Source: Fimicolochytrium jonesii
Taxonomy: Eukaryota
Assembly: GCF_025526975.1 (NCBI RefSeq)
Contig: NW_026515671.1
Coordinates: 1,240,001 to 1,304,000, forward strand
Length of the DNA stretch: 64,000 bases
Direction of reading: 5' to 3'
Below, one piece after another: positions 49,690-60,500 of this stretch. Under the pieces are notes generated by a model. It saw nothing but the letters and a program-made list of their open reading frames with translations. It ran no database searches and was not told the DNA's origin. A program made the translations under genes and the position numbers. Position 1 is the stretch's first letter, and the number at the start of each line of letters is the position of its first letter.

Positions 49690-50635
49690 TCTAATCCCAA
49701 ACTTACGGCCATCAGTTCTAGTACTGCCAGTCTTAACATTTTTCTGGTCGGAGATTCAACAAATTTTGTCTCTACCACTCCAAGCCAACTCCAAGCAATG
49801 CAAGGACGGCTTTAGGACTTGGCTCAGTTGCCCTTCAGAACTCTGTTGCCTACTCCACCTTGACTGGTCTGCCTACATTAGGTTCGTTGTCAAGTAAGAA
49901 CCTATTCTACCATATGCAAATATTGATCAAACTGTCGCACAGAAGTCCTATGTCGATGGCCAAGTCTCAACTGCAGGAGCCGGACTCTCCAAGGCTGGCA
50001 CTACTTTGTCCCTTAATGCAGACCAGTCGGCCGTTATCACAAAAGTGGGAACTTTGCAAGGTCTTAGCATTACAGGCTGAGGAGATGCAAATATCAGCGG
50101 GAATGTTGTAGTCTCGACTGTCCCTACAGCAAGTACCCATTTGACGAATCAGACTTATGTCGATAATCTTCTTAATACAGGAAGTGGCCTTACTCGATCT
50201 TCAAATACGTTTTCTGTGAATGCGAGTCAGCCTCAGAGGCTCAGATTACTCCAGTTGGGACGTTATCGGTTCTTAATGTTATTGGAAACGCTAGAACATC
50301 AGGCATTGCAGTGGCTGGTACCCAGCCTGGTTTAAACCTTAACAATACATCGACAGGTGGAGCATCTTGGGAACTCTACTCAACGACCACAGGGGATGGA
50401 GTGGGAGTTGGTTTCCTGTCGTTGTTGAACACGACCGCTGGAGGAAGTAGCCCAGTCGAGCCCAGTCTTTCACGTCAATAAGACGGATAATTCCTCCAAG
50501 TTAGCATCTGCAACTGACTCAACATCAACTACATCAGGTGGGCTACAGGTAGGCGGTGGTGCCGGTATATCTAAATCTATGTATGTTGGAGGAATAACAA
50601 ATACAACAAATCCTACGGCCCTTTCTCACTGTTAG
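49690..50635 (+). pseudogene. Viral tail-fibre/fibril-like gene remnant
   Basis: Fragments NARTALGLGSVALQN, QKSYVDGQVSTAGAGLSKAGTTLSLNA, TNQTYVD..TGSGLTRSSNTFSVNASQ and ATDSTSTTSGGLQVGGGAGISKSMYVGG. Interrupted by stops and frameshifts, and visibly more AT-rich than flanking genes. Confidence 0.7.
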
Positions 50636-50665
50636 TGCCTTTTTTTTTCAGCCCAACTCAGCAAC

Positions 50666-51427
50666 ATGGGACCAAGGTTCGGTCTCCGCATCAGCAACGT
50701 ACGCAGCCGCAGTAAGGAACTCGCAGATGCTATCGAACGGGCGAAACAGAGTCATGAGCAGCGAATCGAACCGTTGGTCAAGGTCTTGCTGGAAGACATA
50801 GCTGTCGAAGCGGCAAACATGACCTCGGAAGTGCGAGCGTTGTGGGACGATGCTGGGCACTTGATCACTGAGCTACAGAATGTCACCGAGCGCATGTTCG
50901 ACATCCTGCGCCAGCAGTCCCAGCACAACGACGTCATTTTGAAGCTCCTCGACGAAATCAACACAGCCTTCGAGTATGGAGAAGCTCGTGTGCAAATCTA
51001 TGCCAAATACCGAGAGTGGGTCGGCGACCTTCGGGACTATTTGACCGATGTCCTCAGTGAGAAATTTGTGGGTCGCAACTACTCGCTCTGGGGACAGATA
51101 GCCAAGGACATTCGCAAAGAGCAGAAGACGAAAGCGGAAGCTCTCCGACGAGGAAAACCGACGCCTCAGTGCGTCATCACCGACGCTTTGAAGGCCATCC
51201 TGGCGACGCACAATCTGACGCTGGACGAGCTCCAGGCGGTGCTCCATATGAAGGAAAACAGCAACACCACCTTCCACCGCGCCGAGAATGAGACTTCTGA
51301 AGCCGCCATCGCTGCGTTAGAACACTTAGCCTTTCCACCCGATCTGAGACCGCTGAAGGATGTGCTCCGTAAGACCATTCAAGCGGTCAGTGAATTCGAC
51401 AGGGCCGAAATCGAGCCATCCCAGTAG
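50666..51427 (+). CDS. Intact intronless alpha-helical hypothetical protein (253 aa)
   Basis: Uninterrupted ORF with natural composition, a coiled-coil N-half and C-terminal K..SNTTFH...FPPDL..LK motifs. AATAAA lies ~20 nt after the stop. Confidence 0.7.
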   Translation: MGPRFGLRISNVRSRSKELADAIERAKQSHEQRIEPLVKVLLEDIAVEAANMTSEVRALWDDAGHLITELQNVTERMFDILRQQSQHNDVILKLLDEINTAFEYGEARVQIYAKYREWVGDLRDYLTDVLSEKFVGRNYSLWGQIAKDIRKEQKTKAEALRRGKPTPQCVITDALKAILATHNLTLDELQAVLHMKENSNTTFHRAENETSEAAIAALEHLAFPPDLRPLKDVLRKTIQAVSEFDRAEIEPSQ

Positions 51428-51553
51428 CTTTCTCGCACAGTATAATAAAAGCGTATTACAACAGTGAGCGAGGAGGCGAACCGGGAACGGAGGTCTCTGG
51501 GTCTGCACGGAACAAGTGAAGGAAAGAAAGCGAAGAGCGACAACAGGAACACC

Positions 51554-52137
51554 ATGGCCCCGCGAAAGGCTTCCGGCAGGCACGTCTGTCCCCTATGTCT
51601 CTACCTGTGCCAGAGCCGACAAGCCCTTCGCAGGCATACGAAGGAAATGTGCGCTTGTCCGCTGGCGGACCGTACTTGCCCGACCTGCGAACGTGTTTGG
51701 AAATGCCACGTCGAGACGATTACTTGCGACCACGACCCTGAGAAAGGTTAGACCCTTCTGGGCGACTGGGAGGCAGTAGAACCGGACTTATTCGGTGTTA
51801 TCTTGTTCTGTCGCTCACTGCAGCGGCCGCGGAGACGATACCTTGCTGCGTGTTGAATTGCAAAGAGGCTAGCTCTGTGGTTGAATTCACGCACCACTAT
51901 CGACGGAAACACGGGCGGGACGCGCCACTAGCCTCACCTCCACCACTCCCGACGAACAATGCCGTATCCATGCCGCCGGCGTTCCCACCTCCCCGCCGCG
52001 GAGCGTCCGTCGGTCCTAACTGCGTTGCCGCGAACGGCGTCGGGGGCGACGTCCACTATGACAATGACCGTGGGATTTCCATCGAACCCACCTCTGAAGC
52101 GCTTGATGGCTTCGTCTTCGTCGTCATCATACCCTGA
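51554..52137 (+). CDS. Small Cys/His zinc-finger-like protein (2 exons)
   Basis: HVCPLCLYLCQSRQALRRHTKEMC..CPTCERVW. A GT..CAG intron (~51746-51823) joins in frame to IPCCVLNC...FTHHYRRKH. Confidence 0.55.
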
Positions 52138-52379
52138 AACCGCGTTGAATTCCCACTTTGCTCGGCCTTGAAACTCCTCGTGTTCTACTGTATGTAGATT
52201 CCGGTATGTACGACGTAGACGATGACATTGTCACCATCTTCGGGGCGATAATGGTATCGGTGATCGTGGTCGTGCTGAGTTAAGTTCCGGTGCGAGATAC
52301 GATGTGATAGGGGGATAAACAAAAATAATCCCGAAATCGTGCTCCGTAGATGTTTGGCGCAGGCGTTGTCATGTTCGGA

Positions 52380-53160
52380 TCAGGAGGGTGGATGCAAGAT
52401 TGCAGAACGCTCCCTCGCCAAAGCCACATACTCAGGCGAGATTTCTATTCCGTCAGCTTCGCGCCCGCATCTGATGGCGGCAATCAGAGTGCTGCCGGAC
52501 CCGGCGAACCGGTCTAGAACGCTGCCTTTCGCTGGGGAGCAAGCTTTGATGATCCGTTCAAGAATCTCTTGTGGCATTTGAGCCGGGTGAGCGACACGTT
52601 CAGCGCTCGAACGTCCCTCGCCTGCTGCCACGCTGGAAACGTCCCACAATGTCGTATCGAGGTCCAGATCTAACCAAACGTCCGATGGATTCTTTCCTCG
52701 CGGGTTGCAACGCTTGACACCTTTACGTGTACCATAGGTGCATGTTTTCTGGTCGTGAGGTGCTCGGACAGCCTCCAGGTCAAAGTAGGGATCACGCCCT
52801 ATCTTTTGGAACCACATGTACGTTTCGTGTTGGGGCGAAAAGTAGTTCTTACACGAATTCCGCGATGAGTGTGCCATATAACCTCCTGTCGAAGCTCCAG
52901 CGTGGCAAATGCATCCCAAAAATGGTAGGAGAGAGGGAAGTGCTGCCCGTTGTATGCCTTTGTGTAGCCTAGATTCAACCACAACGACCCGGTAGGCTTC
53001 ACCAATGCTTCGGCCAGTTGCAATCTCTCCTTCATGTAAGCGAGGTAATCAGCGTGGGGCCCGGTTCGATCATACCGCTTTCCGATTTTGTAAGGAGGTG
53101 AAGTGACCACCAGATCGTACTGCTTCCCGCCATCAAGCAACTGGTGGAGAACTTCTTTGC
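52380..53160 (-). pseudogene. Beta-class N4-cytosine/N6-adenine DNA methyltransferase (N6_N4_Mtase), frameshifted
   Basis: Motif IV DLVVTSPPY precedes GSLWLN, EVIW, GKNPSDVW, HPAQMP and motif I VLDRFAGSGSTL, then GIEISPEY. 1-nt frameshift at ~52857; no clean start codon. Confidence 0.9.
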
Positions 53161-53231
53161 TTTTTGGAACAGCTTGCTTTGGAAAAGCTGAACGAAATCA
53201 AAACCGAGGACGCAGAGCAAAGCAAAACACA

Positions 53232-53849
53232 ATGTCTGCAGACATCACAGACATCACTCAAGCCATTCGATTACTACCTGAGAGCGAAAGGGCTGCGGTG
53301 CTTTTAGCTTGGGTGGAAGCGAAGCGCGCCGAGGCGGAAGTTAAGCGCGCCGAGGCGGAAGCCAAATTGGCCGAGGTCAAGGCGGACACCGCTCGGAGGC
53401 TTGCCGATATCCGCCGGGTTGCGGAAGAGAGGCTTAAGACGCGGAGCTTTGCGGACGCTTTGGTGAGCGTTAGTGACGTTTTCTCGCGAGGACGCAGGGA
53501 CACAGACGTTGATGGCTGACACTGACTAAAGTTTGTTATAGCGACGGTTGTCGCCATCGCATGGATAATCGTCGCCAGCCTGTGCTTTCGAGCAGCGCAG
53601 CCCGCCGCCAAAACGGGAACGGTGTTCCTGTTTGCGCTTTTTGGAATCGTTTTAGGGGCTGGGTTTCAATTTGTACATGGTCTTGGCGTGCTGGACTCGC
53701 AGATCAAAGCCGATATCCTTCAGCTGGTGCATTACGTCGATATCGCCGAAGACCGAACGGACGCCTTGTATGATGGCATTAGGTCGCTAGCTGAGAAGAC
53801 GAGTGCCAATTCGAAAAAGGACTCGTTAGGGCTATTGAAGGGGTGTTGA
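53232..53849 (+). CDS. Small coiled-coil plus two-TM hypothetical protein (2 exons)
   Basis: MSADITD...EAKRAEAEVKRAEAE. Intron 53463-53531 (GTGAGC..CTGAC..AAG) joins in frame to FVIATVVAIAWIIVASLCF...VFLFALFGIVLGAGF. Confidence 0.55.
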
Positions 53850-54354
53850 GCATTCCGAGTAGTATCAGAAGCATCATGGGTGGATTTCGGGCTGGAATTG
53901 CGACTCTGCGTCAGCGTGATCCACGTCGGCCTTTGTACAGTAACTCCATTTAATTCGAGCTGTACCATTTTTTTGGCAAAGGAGAAGGGTGTTTTGGTCG
54001 ACGTAAATTTCAAACGCCATTGAGATATTCGTGTGGAAGTGATACAAGCGCGAGATGCAGCAGATGTTCATGGCTATTGCGCGAGAAACTGGTGATGACG
54101 AAGAGAGATCGCGAAGACGTTTCACAAGGAGGCTGCTGAGGTGTTTGGATCTTAGTACTGTATGTACGTCGACAGTACAAAATGACACTAGCTAAAATAA
54201 TTCTAGTTACGTGCCATTAAGGACTATCTACTACGTCTTTTCCCCCAATTTCTCCTCAAAATGCTCCTCTTTAATAAGGCTCTTCGTTCAAGGGACGTCC
54301 GGATATACCCAAATGGCGGTATGTATCCGAAGCAACGACAATCCTCGAGCGGCA

Positions 54355-55273
54355 CTAATAATGGATATAACAGTCGTCGTCATCGTCCCACTCGTCTCCA
54401 TATCCATCTCCATATCCATTTCCGTCCGGCGCACGATGCCCACCGTGCGCCTGATAGACGTCGTCACCAGGGCAGCTCGACATGTGGGGGTAGATATCCT
54501 GAACTGGGTGTGCTTTGCCGCATCTCCAGCAAAAGTGTTCCTGGCAGTGGGCACAAGTGACGTGGTCGCAGCCCACCGTCTTTTCAATGGTCACACAGCA
54601 ACCTGGACAATCTCTGGTGAATACGACCCGCGCGTTGGCCAACAGGTTGCAAATCTTCACACCGGAATCCATCTTCCGTGGGAGGTTCGGCGGCGCATAC
54701 GCGTTCGACCCATCTTTTCGCTCGGTTGCAACCGAGGCAAAATCCGAAATGCCACGCGGGGTCGAAGGTGTCCAACGGGGCTCGTCGCAGCTGCCAGGCC
54801 ATACCGTTGTGTCTGTACAGGACCTCCGGGGTGGGGATGCGTCGGCAGAACACGCACCGGGTATTTGCCGGCGGAATGAATCGCCCGGGAACGAGCACGC
54901 CGTACCACCGGTCGAGGCAACTTTTGCAGCAACGCACGTCACATCCTCTTCTGCCACAGGACGGCAATATGGCGTCTTTTGGGACCTCGTTGCAGCACAT
55001 CATGCACATCCCCAACTCCGCTCGATGTTTCCGTACCCAGCGAGTGATAGTATTGAGAACCTCACGCTCATTCGTTACCGTCCGTCCGTCGAACCGCAAC
55101 CGCAACTCGTCCGACGCGTCTTCTTCCGTACTCAATCCCGCTATGTAGTGGCGGAGGTCGAACGCAGATCGACGACGGAAGAAGTCCACCAGATCATTGC
55201 CGTCAGCAGGACGCAGCCCCACAGCCAAGAGAATGGTCTTCTCGTTTCCGGTACCATGTTGACAAACTCCCAA
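54355..55273 (-). pseudogene. Ariadne-like RING/IBR (RBR-type) ubiquitin ligase C-terminal fragment, frameshifted
   Basis: CMMC..SCGRRGC..CCKSCLDRWY..CVFCRR in 54584-55273. The Rcat-like CPGC..IEKTVGCDHVTCAHCQEHFCWRC lies in another frame (shift at ~54640-54655). The 5' part is degraded. Confidence 0.75.
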
Positions 55274-55720
55274 GGATCCAGGTCGGAGTACCGCATGTCA
55301 AACGATATGGCATGCCTTTTACTTCGTCTCCGTTAGGCAGATACCTCGTTTTGACATTTGCCTTTTGGCTGTGGAGATGACGCAAGCCAAAGTAAGAAGA
55401 AGGTTGGGTCCCGATGCTGTGCGAAAATCACATCCAACCGCGTCAAGAGAAGAACGCACGCGTTCCGGAGGGGACATCGCCAACTCGGTAGTAGACCGAA
55501 AACCCCATTGATTTCGATAGCACAAGCTGCCGATTCATCCGGATGACAGGGTCCGCGACCTCATAGCTGTCGGAAGAGATGTTCCACATTGACACCAAAT
55601 ATTAGGCTCCAGATAGCGCAGAGTCTCAGTCTAGATTGTGGAGATTTTAAACAATACGCCGCCATCTCGTCCACCGAACTTTGCATGCAGCGATTGCGAG
55701 AGGTCCCATCTCGTCCGACT

Positions 55721-57845
55721 TTAACGGTTCAACCCCAAACCCCTCAACCTCTCAAAGAATGTTGCTCCGAACGCCTTCGAGCTCCCATCCCCCCCATCCT
55801 CGCCTTTCTCCGCCGTTGCACTCCCACTAGCGCTCATACTGCTCGGCGAATAATACTGCTTAGCGTACGCCTGCATCTCCTTTCGCGATTGCTCGAGGAA
55901 GGGGTCCTGCCGGTCGACGCAGCGGAGTCGCAGGCCGGGGAAGTTGGAGACTATGAGGGCGTGTAGGGAGGGGAGGAGGGTGGCGGGTGGGGCGTAGGTG
56001 CCTGAGTTGTTGTCTGGTGGTGGGACAGAGGCGGGTGTGAGATGTGGGAACCAGATGGAGAAGAGTAAAGGTGAAAAAGACGTACCAAGAACAACCTCCC
56101 ACCCCCAATCATCCTTCCCCATCCCCATCTGCACATACTCAGCCGGCGGCGGAATCTGCGCCCACCCGCACGCCGGCCGCACATGGAACTCGCCCGCATA
56201 CCGGATATATTCCGAGCAGTTGGCATGCATGGCATGCTTAGACGCATTGTCCAACATGAACGCCGCGCCGGTCTCCGAGAACCGGAGCGTGTTGTCGTCA
56301 ATGGCGTAGGTGTACATGCAGGGTTTTGGTGGCGGTGGCCCGGGTTCGTTGACGTCTGTGCTGGGGAGATCCTCCGCGTTGTTGTTGGCGGGGAGGGTGG
56401 GTTGTTGTGGCGCGTCCAGGCTGGGGTCGTTGTCGAAGCGCGGCATTGGGAAAGGGATGATACCGGGCCCGGTCACTGTCGGCTGCACTTCCTGGATGGG
56501 TGCCTGCGTGACGGTGTTCACCGCAGCATTCGTCGCTGCTGTGCTCTGGCTCGTCGGCCTGCTCGCAGAGGCGGCTGATGCGGCCGGATTTTCCGAACTT
56601 GACACGAGAAGAGCGATGAACTCGTCGCCGCTCATTAACACCCCCGCGCCATTGTTCCACGTCCGTGCGTACAACAGCCGATGTGCAGCTTTGATGCTTT
56701 CCCTCAAAGCCGCGCTGGAAATTGAGCTAGCGAAAATAGTCTGGGCAGCTTGGTAATTGACGTTCCAATGTGTAGGGGGTTCCAGGTACGCCTGGATTCC
56801 TACCAGATGCATCTTCCACGTGCTGTACAGACGCGATTGGTTCGTGCGGGTGAGCTGCCCAACGAACGGGGAGTGATGTACAGTGTAGCGGACGGGGCCT
56901 GCAAATGAGTAAAGGGGAAAGGATGGATCTGACGTCGAGCTGTTGTTGTCATTTGTTGCGGACGGGCTTGTTTCGATTTCCAGGTGTATTTCGCCACGGT
57001 AGTTGCCGGTCTTTGGGTGGGTTAATGTGAGGGTGTGGCGGCCGGGTGTCAGAGGAGTTTGACACTGGAAAATAGGTGGTAGTGAGGAAACATGGGTGAG
57101 CTCGTGCGAACGCAATGGTCGATCAAATCATCAGAGAAATCCTGCACAGATAGAATCCCATCATCCTGCTCGCGACAAGAACTTGGAGGGAGGTGTGAAA
57201 CAACTCGAATGCTGGCTGTCGCTCTCAGAAACGACCTACGCTCGGAGGCGCCCTTCATAGAATCACGGCGGCGAGGAGATATGTATTGCGCTCCTGCACC
57301 TCCGTCGCTTCGCTCGCCGCTCGCATTGCTCGCGGTGGTGGGCTCTCAGGCTGCCTTCCGCGCATCAACCCCACTCGCTCCATTCCACTCACACATACCT
57401 TCCCAGCAACCTCATCCCCAACCGTATGCTTATCCTTATCCCACACCACAACACTCAACACCGCCGCCACAGGCACATTCCTCACCCTCCACCTTTCATC
57501 CCACACCGGATTCAGCGTATTATACACACAAGCCGAGCAATAATCGATCTGCGAATCAATATTCGCGCGAAAGAACGGGTCGATCGAGCCTAGGATGTCT
57601 AGTTTCGGCAGGTTCGTCGCTTTGTGGAAGTGGATGGTTACGTCGAGGGTGGGTTGGTACCCGCCTGTGGCTTCTGAGAGGGAGCGGGAGGATTCGGTGG
57701 TGGAGGTGGAGATGGAGGAGGGCTCGCGGTAGGGTAGGGGCGGTTTGGAGGAGGTGGGGCGGGGGAGGCTGGTGAAGGCTTCGAGAGGGCCGCTGGTTTC
57801 GGCGAGGGAGTCGAAGCGGGATGGGATACGTGGGAATGGCGACAT
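55721..57845 (-). CDS. Fungal C2-domain protein (multi-exon)
   Basis: C2 domain (FHKATNLPKLDILGSIDPFF..NTLNPVWDERW..VWDKD). C-terminal RFSETGAAF..ASKHAMH..YAGEFHVRP..DNNSGTYAP block. Confidence 0.85.
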
Positions 57846-58474
57846 GGTGGCGGGAGAGGTCCGCCGAGGGTTGAGGTGCCGACAATTCAAAGCCTGCAAC
57901 TGAAATGTGAAGATCGATATGCGTGAAATGAATGAACCTCGGGTGCCTGATTGACTGAAGTGGGACTGTGCCTAACTAAATACAAGACGGCTAGCCTCCT
58001 ATCTATATCCGGCTAATACAGTATTTACGGCAGTGGGTGTCAATGGGTTGAGAGGGAGCGCTCAGAAAAGGCGCTGTTGAGCACTGCTTTTCATAAGCGG
58101 CTCGTGCGAGTCCCAGCGGCCAACGGCGCCGTTCCCACGCGAACTTCCATATTCCCAAGCCCCAAATCCTACAGCAACTTCGCCAAGTTTCCGCCCAAGG
58201 AGGACACTAACTTATCACACTGCGATATGTTCTGCACATTGGATTTCGCGGTCGGACGTGTATGTACAATGCCATTTTTTTTCACGTCACAAATGTACTT
58301 AGGGGGCTACATGCACACCATATTTGAAAAGGAGTTGAAACGGCTGACAATATTTGGATAATAATGTAGGGATAAATCACGGGGGTTGTATTTTGCGAGT
58401 GTTGGAGAGGAGCACATGGAAGGGAGGTTCGGGTGTGGTCGTCAGTCGGGTACAGGAACCTTGGGGTTGAGTAT

Positions 58475-59428
58475 TTAAACTGATTCGACGGATTCGAGTT
58501 TGGGGAGATCGCCGTCCTCTTCCTCGTCATCAGAGTCTTGCTCCTGTGAGTGAGGGATGGGAGAAAGTACAGATGATTGATCAGTGAGCGTCCTTCGTGA
58601 TGGGCTTGTGCTCTTCTCTTTCCCTATGCCAATGTCATCACTTACTCCTCCAAGATCCATTCCGTTGGCGCCAAAGTCCATGCCAGGCATGCCACCCATA
58701 CCGCCCATACCGCCGGCCATGTTTTGGAACTGCGAAAAGTCGATTCCGTCGAATCCACCGGCTCCACCAGGGCCGCCAGCAGCAACCTCCTCCTCGACCT
58801 CGTCCTCATCCTTCCACTTTGAAAAGTCCGTCTTCAACCAGTGGTACTTGGCCTTCTCTTTTGTCAGGCGGGGCCAGTACTCTTCTCCGGTCGCCTTCTT
58901 GGCGATCACGAAGCTCAGGTTGCGCGCGGTGATGTTTTGCTTCGATGCCTGGAAGAATCGAGTTGGGATTGTGAATACAGGGAAGAAAAGGTTTCCCAGC
59001 AGGAGACCGAAGGAACCCCCAAAAGCCCGCAACGCACACCCGTTAAGTGACTAGAGAAACCAACCTCAATGTCGACCTCCTTGAAGAATTCCAGGTCGAG
59101 GGAGTATTCCTTTCCGTGGGACGCGCCAGTGAACTTGAGTCCCGTTGCGCTCAAGTTGACCTCGGGGTGCTCAACATCGCTGACGTTGATGGTGACAAAG
59201 AGCTCGTCGGTCCGTTGAGCCCAAAGAACTTCCGGGATGAGGGTATTTGTTCTGTAGATCGGTCGAGTTGTGAAAGCGAAACCCGTAAATGATTAGCGTT
59301 AGAGGGCAGATCGGGACTCGGTTCCAGCATGGCCCAACCGGCTCCAATAGTGCCTCTGTTTTTCCCCGACACTGCAGACGGAGGGTCGAAAGTCGCAAGG
59401 GAGCGTGTACTTACGCAGCGGTCATCAT
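58475..59428 (-). CDS. SBA1: Hsp90 co-chaperone p23/Sba1 (multi-exon)
   Basis: PEVLWAQRTD; YWPRLTKEK.K.HWLKTDFSKWKDEDE; GGM-rich acidic tail. Confidence 0.95.
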
Positions 59429-59807
59429 TGCGTGTGTCTTTTCTGTGATCTGCGAAAACCAAGAGCGAAATTGGAGACGATCAGTTAATGTTCTTGGCGA
59501 GTTGAACAAATGCCACAGCGTTATCGTGTCCAGCCGGGTCTCTGCAGGGAATTGGCCCCCGAAACAGCCGTCTACAGAGTATATTAACGCACCTTGGTAA
59601 GCGAAGACAAACAGAAGCGAGATGTGTGGGGAAACCAGGGTGAATTTAGAGCTCACGTTTGTTCCAGCAGGACGTGGGAGAGTGGGCGCATGCATGATCT
59701 GCGCGTGATTTTCTCGCGGCTTCTCCCTCCTTCGTTTCCCTTCCTTCTCGACTGCAACTTCCAACCTCAACGGGCCCTTGCCAAATTCCCACGCTCCCCC
59801 AGCCACA

Positions 59808-60500
59808 TGAGCTCCCGAGCAGCCGACCATATCCCCTACCCGTTCGGCAAAGCGTTTCTACGAGGATGCCACTGTTCAGAATGTGGTGAGATGACACCAT
59901 CTTCGCCGTTCACAAATCGCTCCTGAAGAACTTCCCCTGGCGTGAAGCACAAGGTCCTCTTATTCCAGTCGCCGGCCCCAGTATGCACCCTCTGAGCCCC
60001 CGATCCACCTGAAGAGTCTTACGAAGCCTGATTTTGAACTGTTTCTGGATATCATTTACGAACCTTGCGAGGCCAAGATGTCGTCGATGACCGTGTAGCA
60101 GCTCTTCACGTTACTTTTCACATGCGACTACCGGACAGGTCATCCGGGTTCAATTGGAAGCAGAGCAGGGAGCTGTTGACAAGGCCGTAGACTATGGACT
60201 GTATATCGGAATACCTGAACCAACTGCGCCGTGAGCCCGCCCTATCCATTTTCGACTTGATTAGGGGCGAATGGTCGAGTTTCTAAACGAGGATAAGACC
60301 CCAAACTGTATCGAGGTTCTCTACATCGTCGATAAGTGCGAAGTTCCTGAGCTTCTCGGCAACGAATATAAGTCCCATTAGATGCACGACGCATGACAGG
60401 ACGTCATTTCGGTTTGCTCTCTCTGAAGCTGCAGAACGGGCTGCTTTTGGACATTGTCGAAGACGCCTCGAGATGCCGTGATCAACACCATTGCGCTGGA
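59808..60500 (+). pseudogene. BTB/POZ-domain gene remnant
   Basis: Fragments DTIFAVHKSLLKNF and DFELFLDIIY...QLFTLLFTCDY, interrupted by stops and frameshifts. Confidence 0.5.

Larger units (their letters stand above)
48800..55570. mobile_element. Accessory island, probably a degraded endogenous DNA-virus (Polinton-like or large-virus) insertion; boundaries approximate
   Basis: Clusters a tail-fibre-like relic, a prokaryote-type DNA MTase, a RING/IBR fragment and orphan ORFs between two normal host genes. Many frameshifts and stops. No capsid, integrase or TIR recognised. Confidence 0.5.

Noticed and set aside
53732..54188. Minus-strand ORFs between the 2-TM gene and the RING/IBR fragment
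   Set aside because: No recognisable motifs, and they partly overlap a better-supported + strand gene.
47860..55660. Possible terminal inverted repeats or target-site duplication for the island
   Set aside because: Only short AT-rich matches (ATTGTTT / AAACAAT), at chance level.
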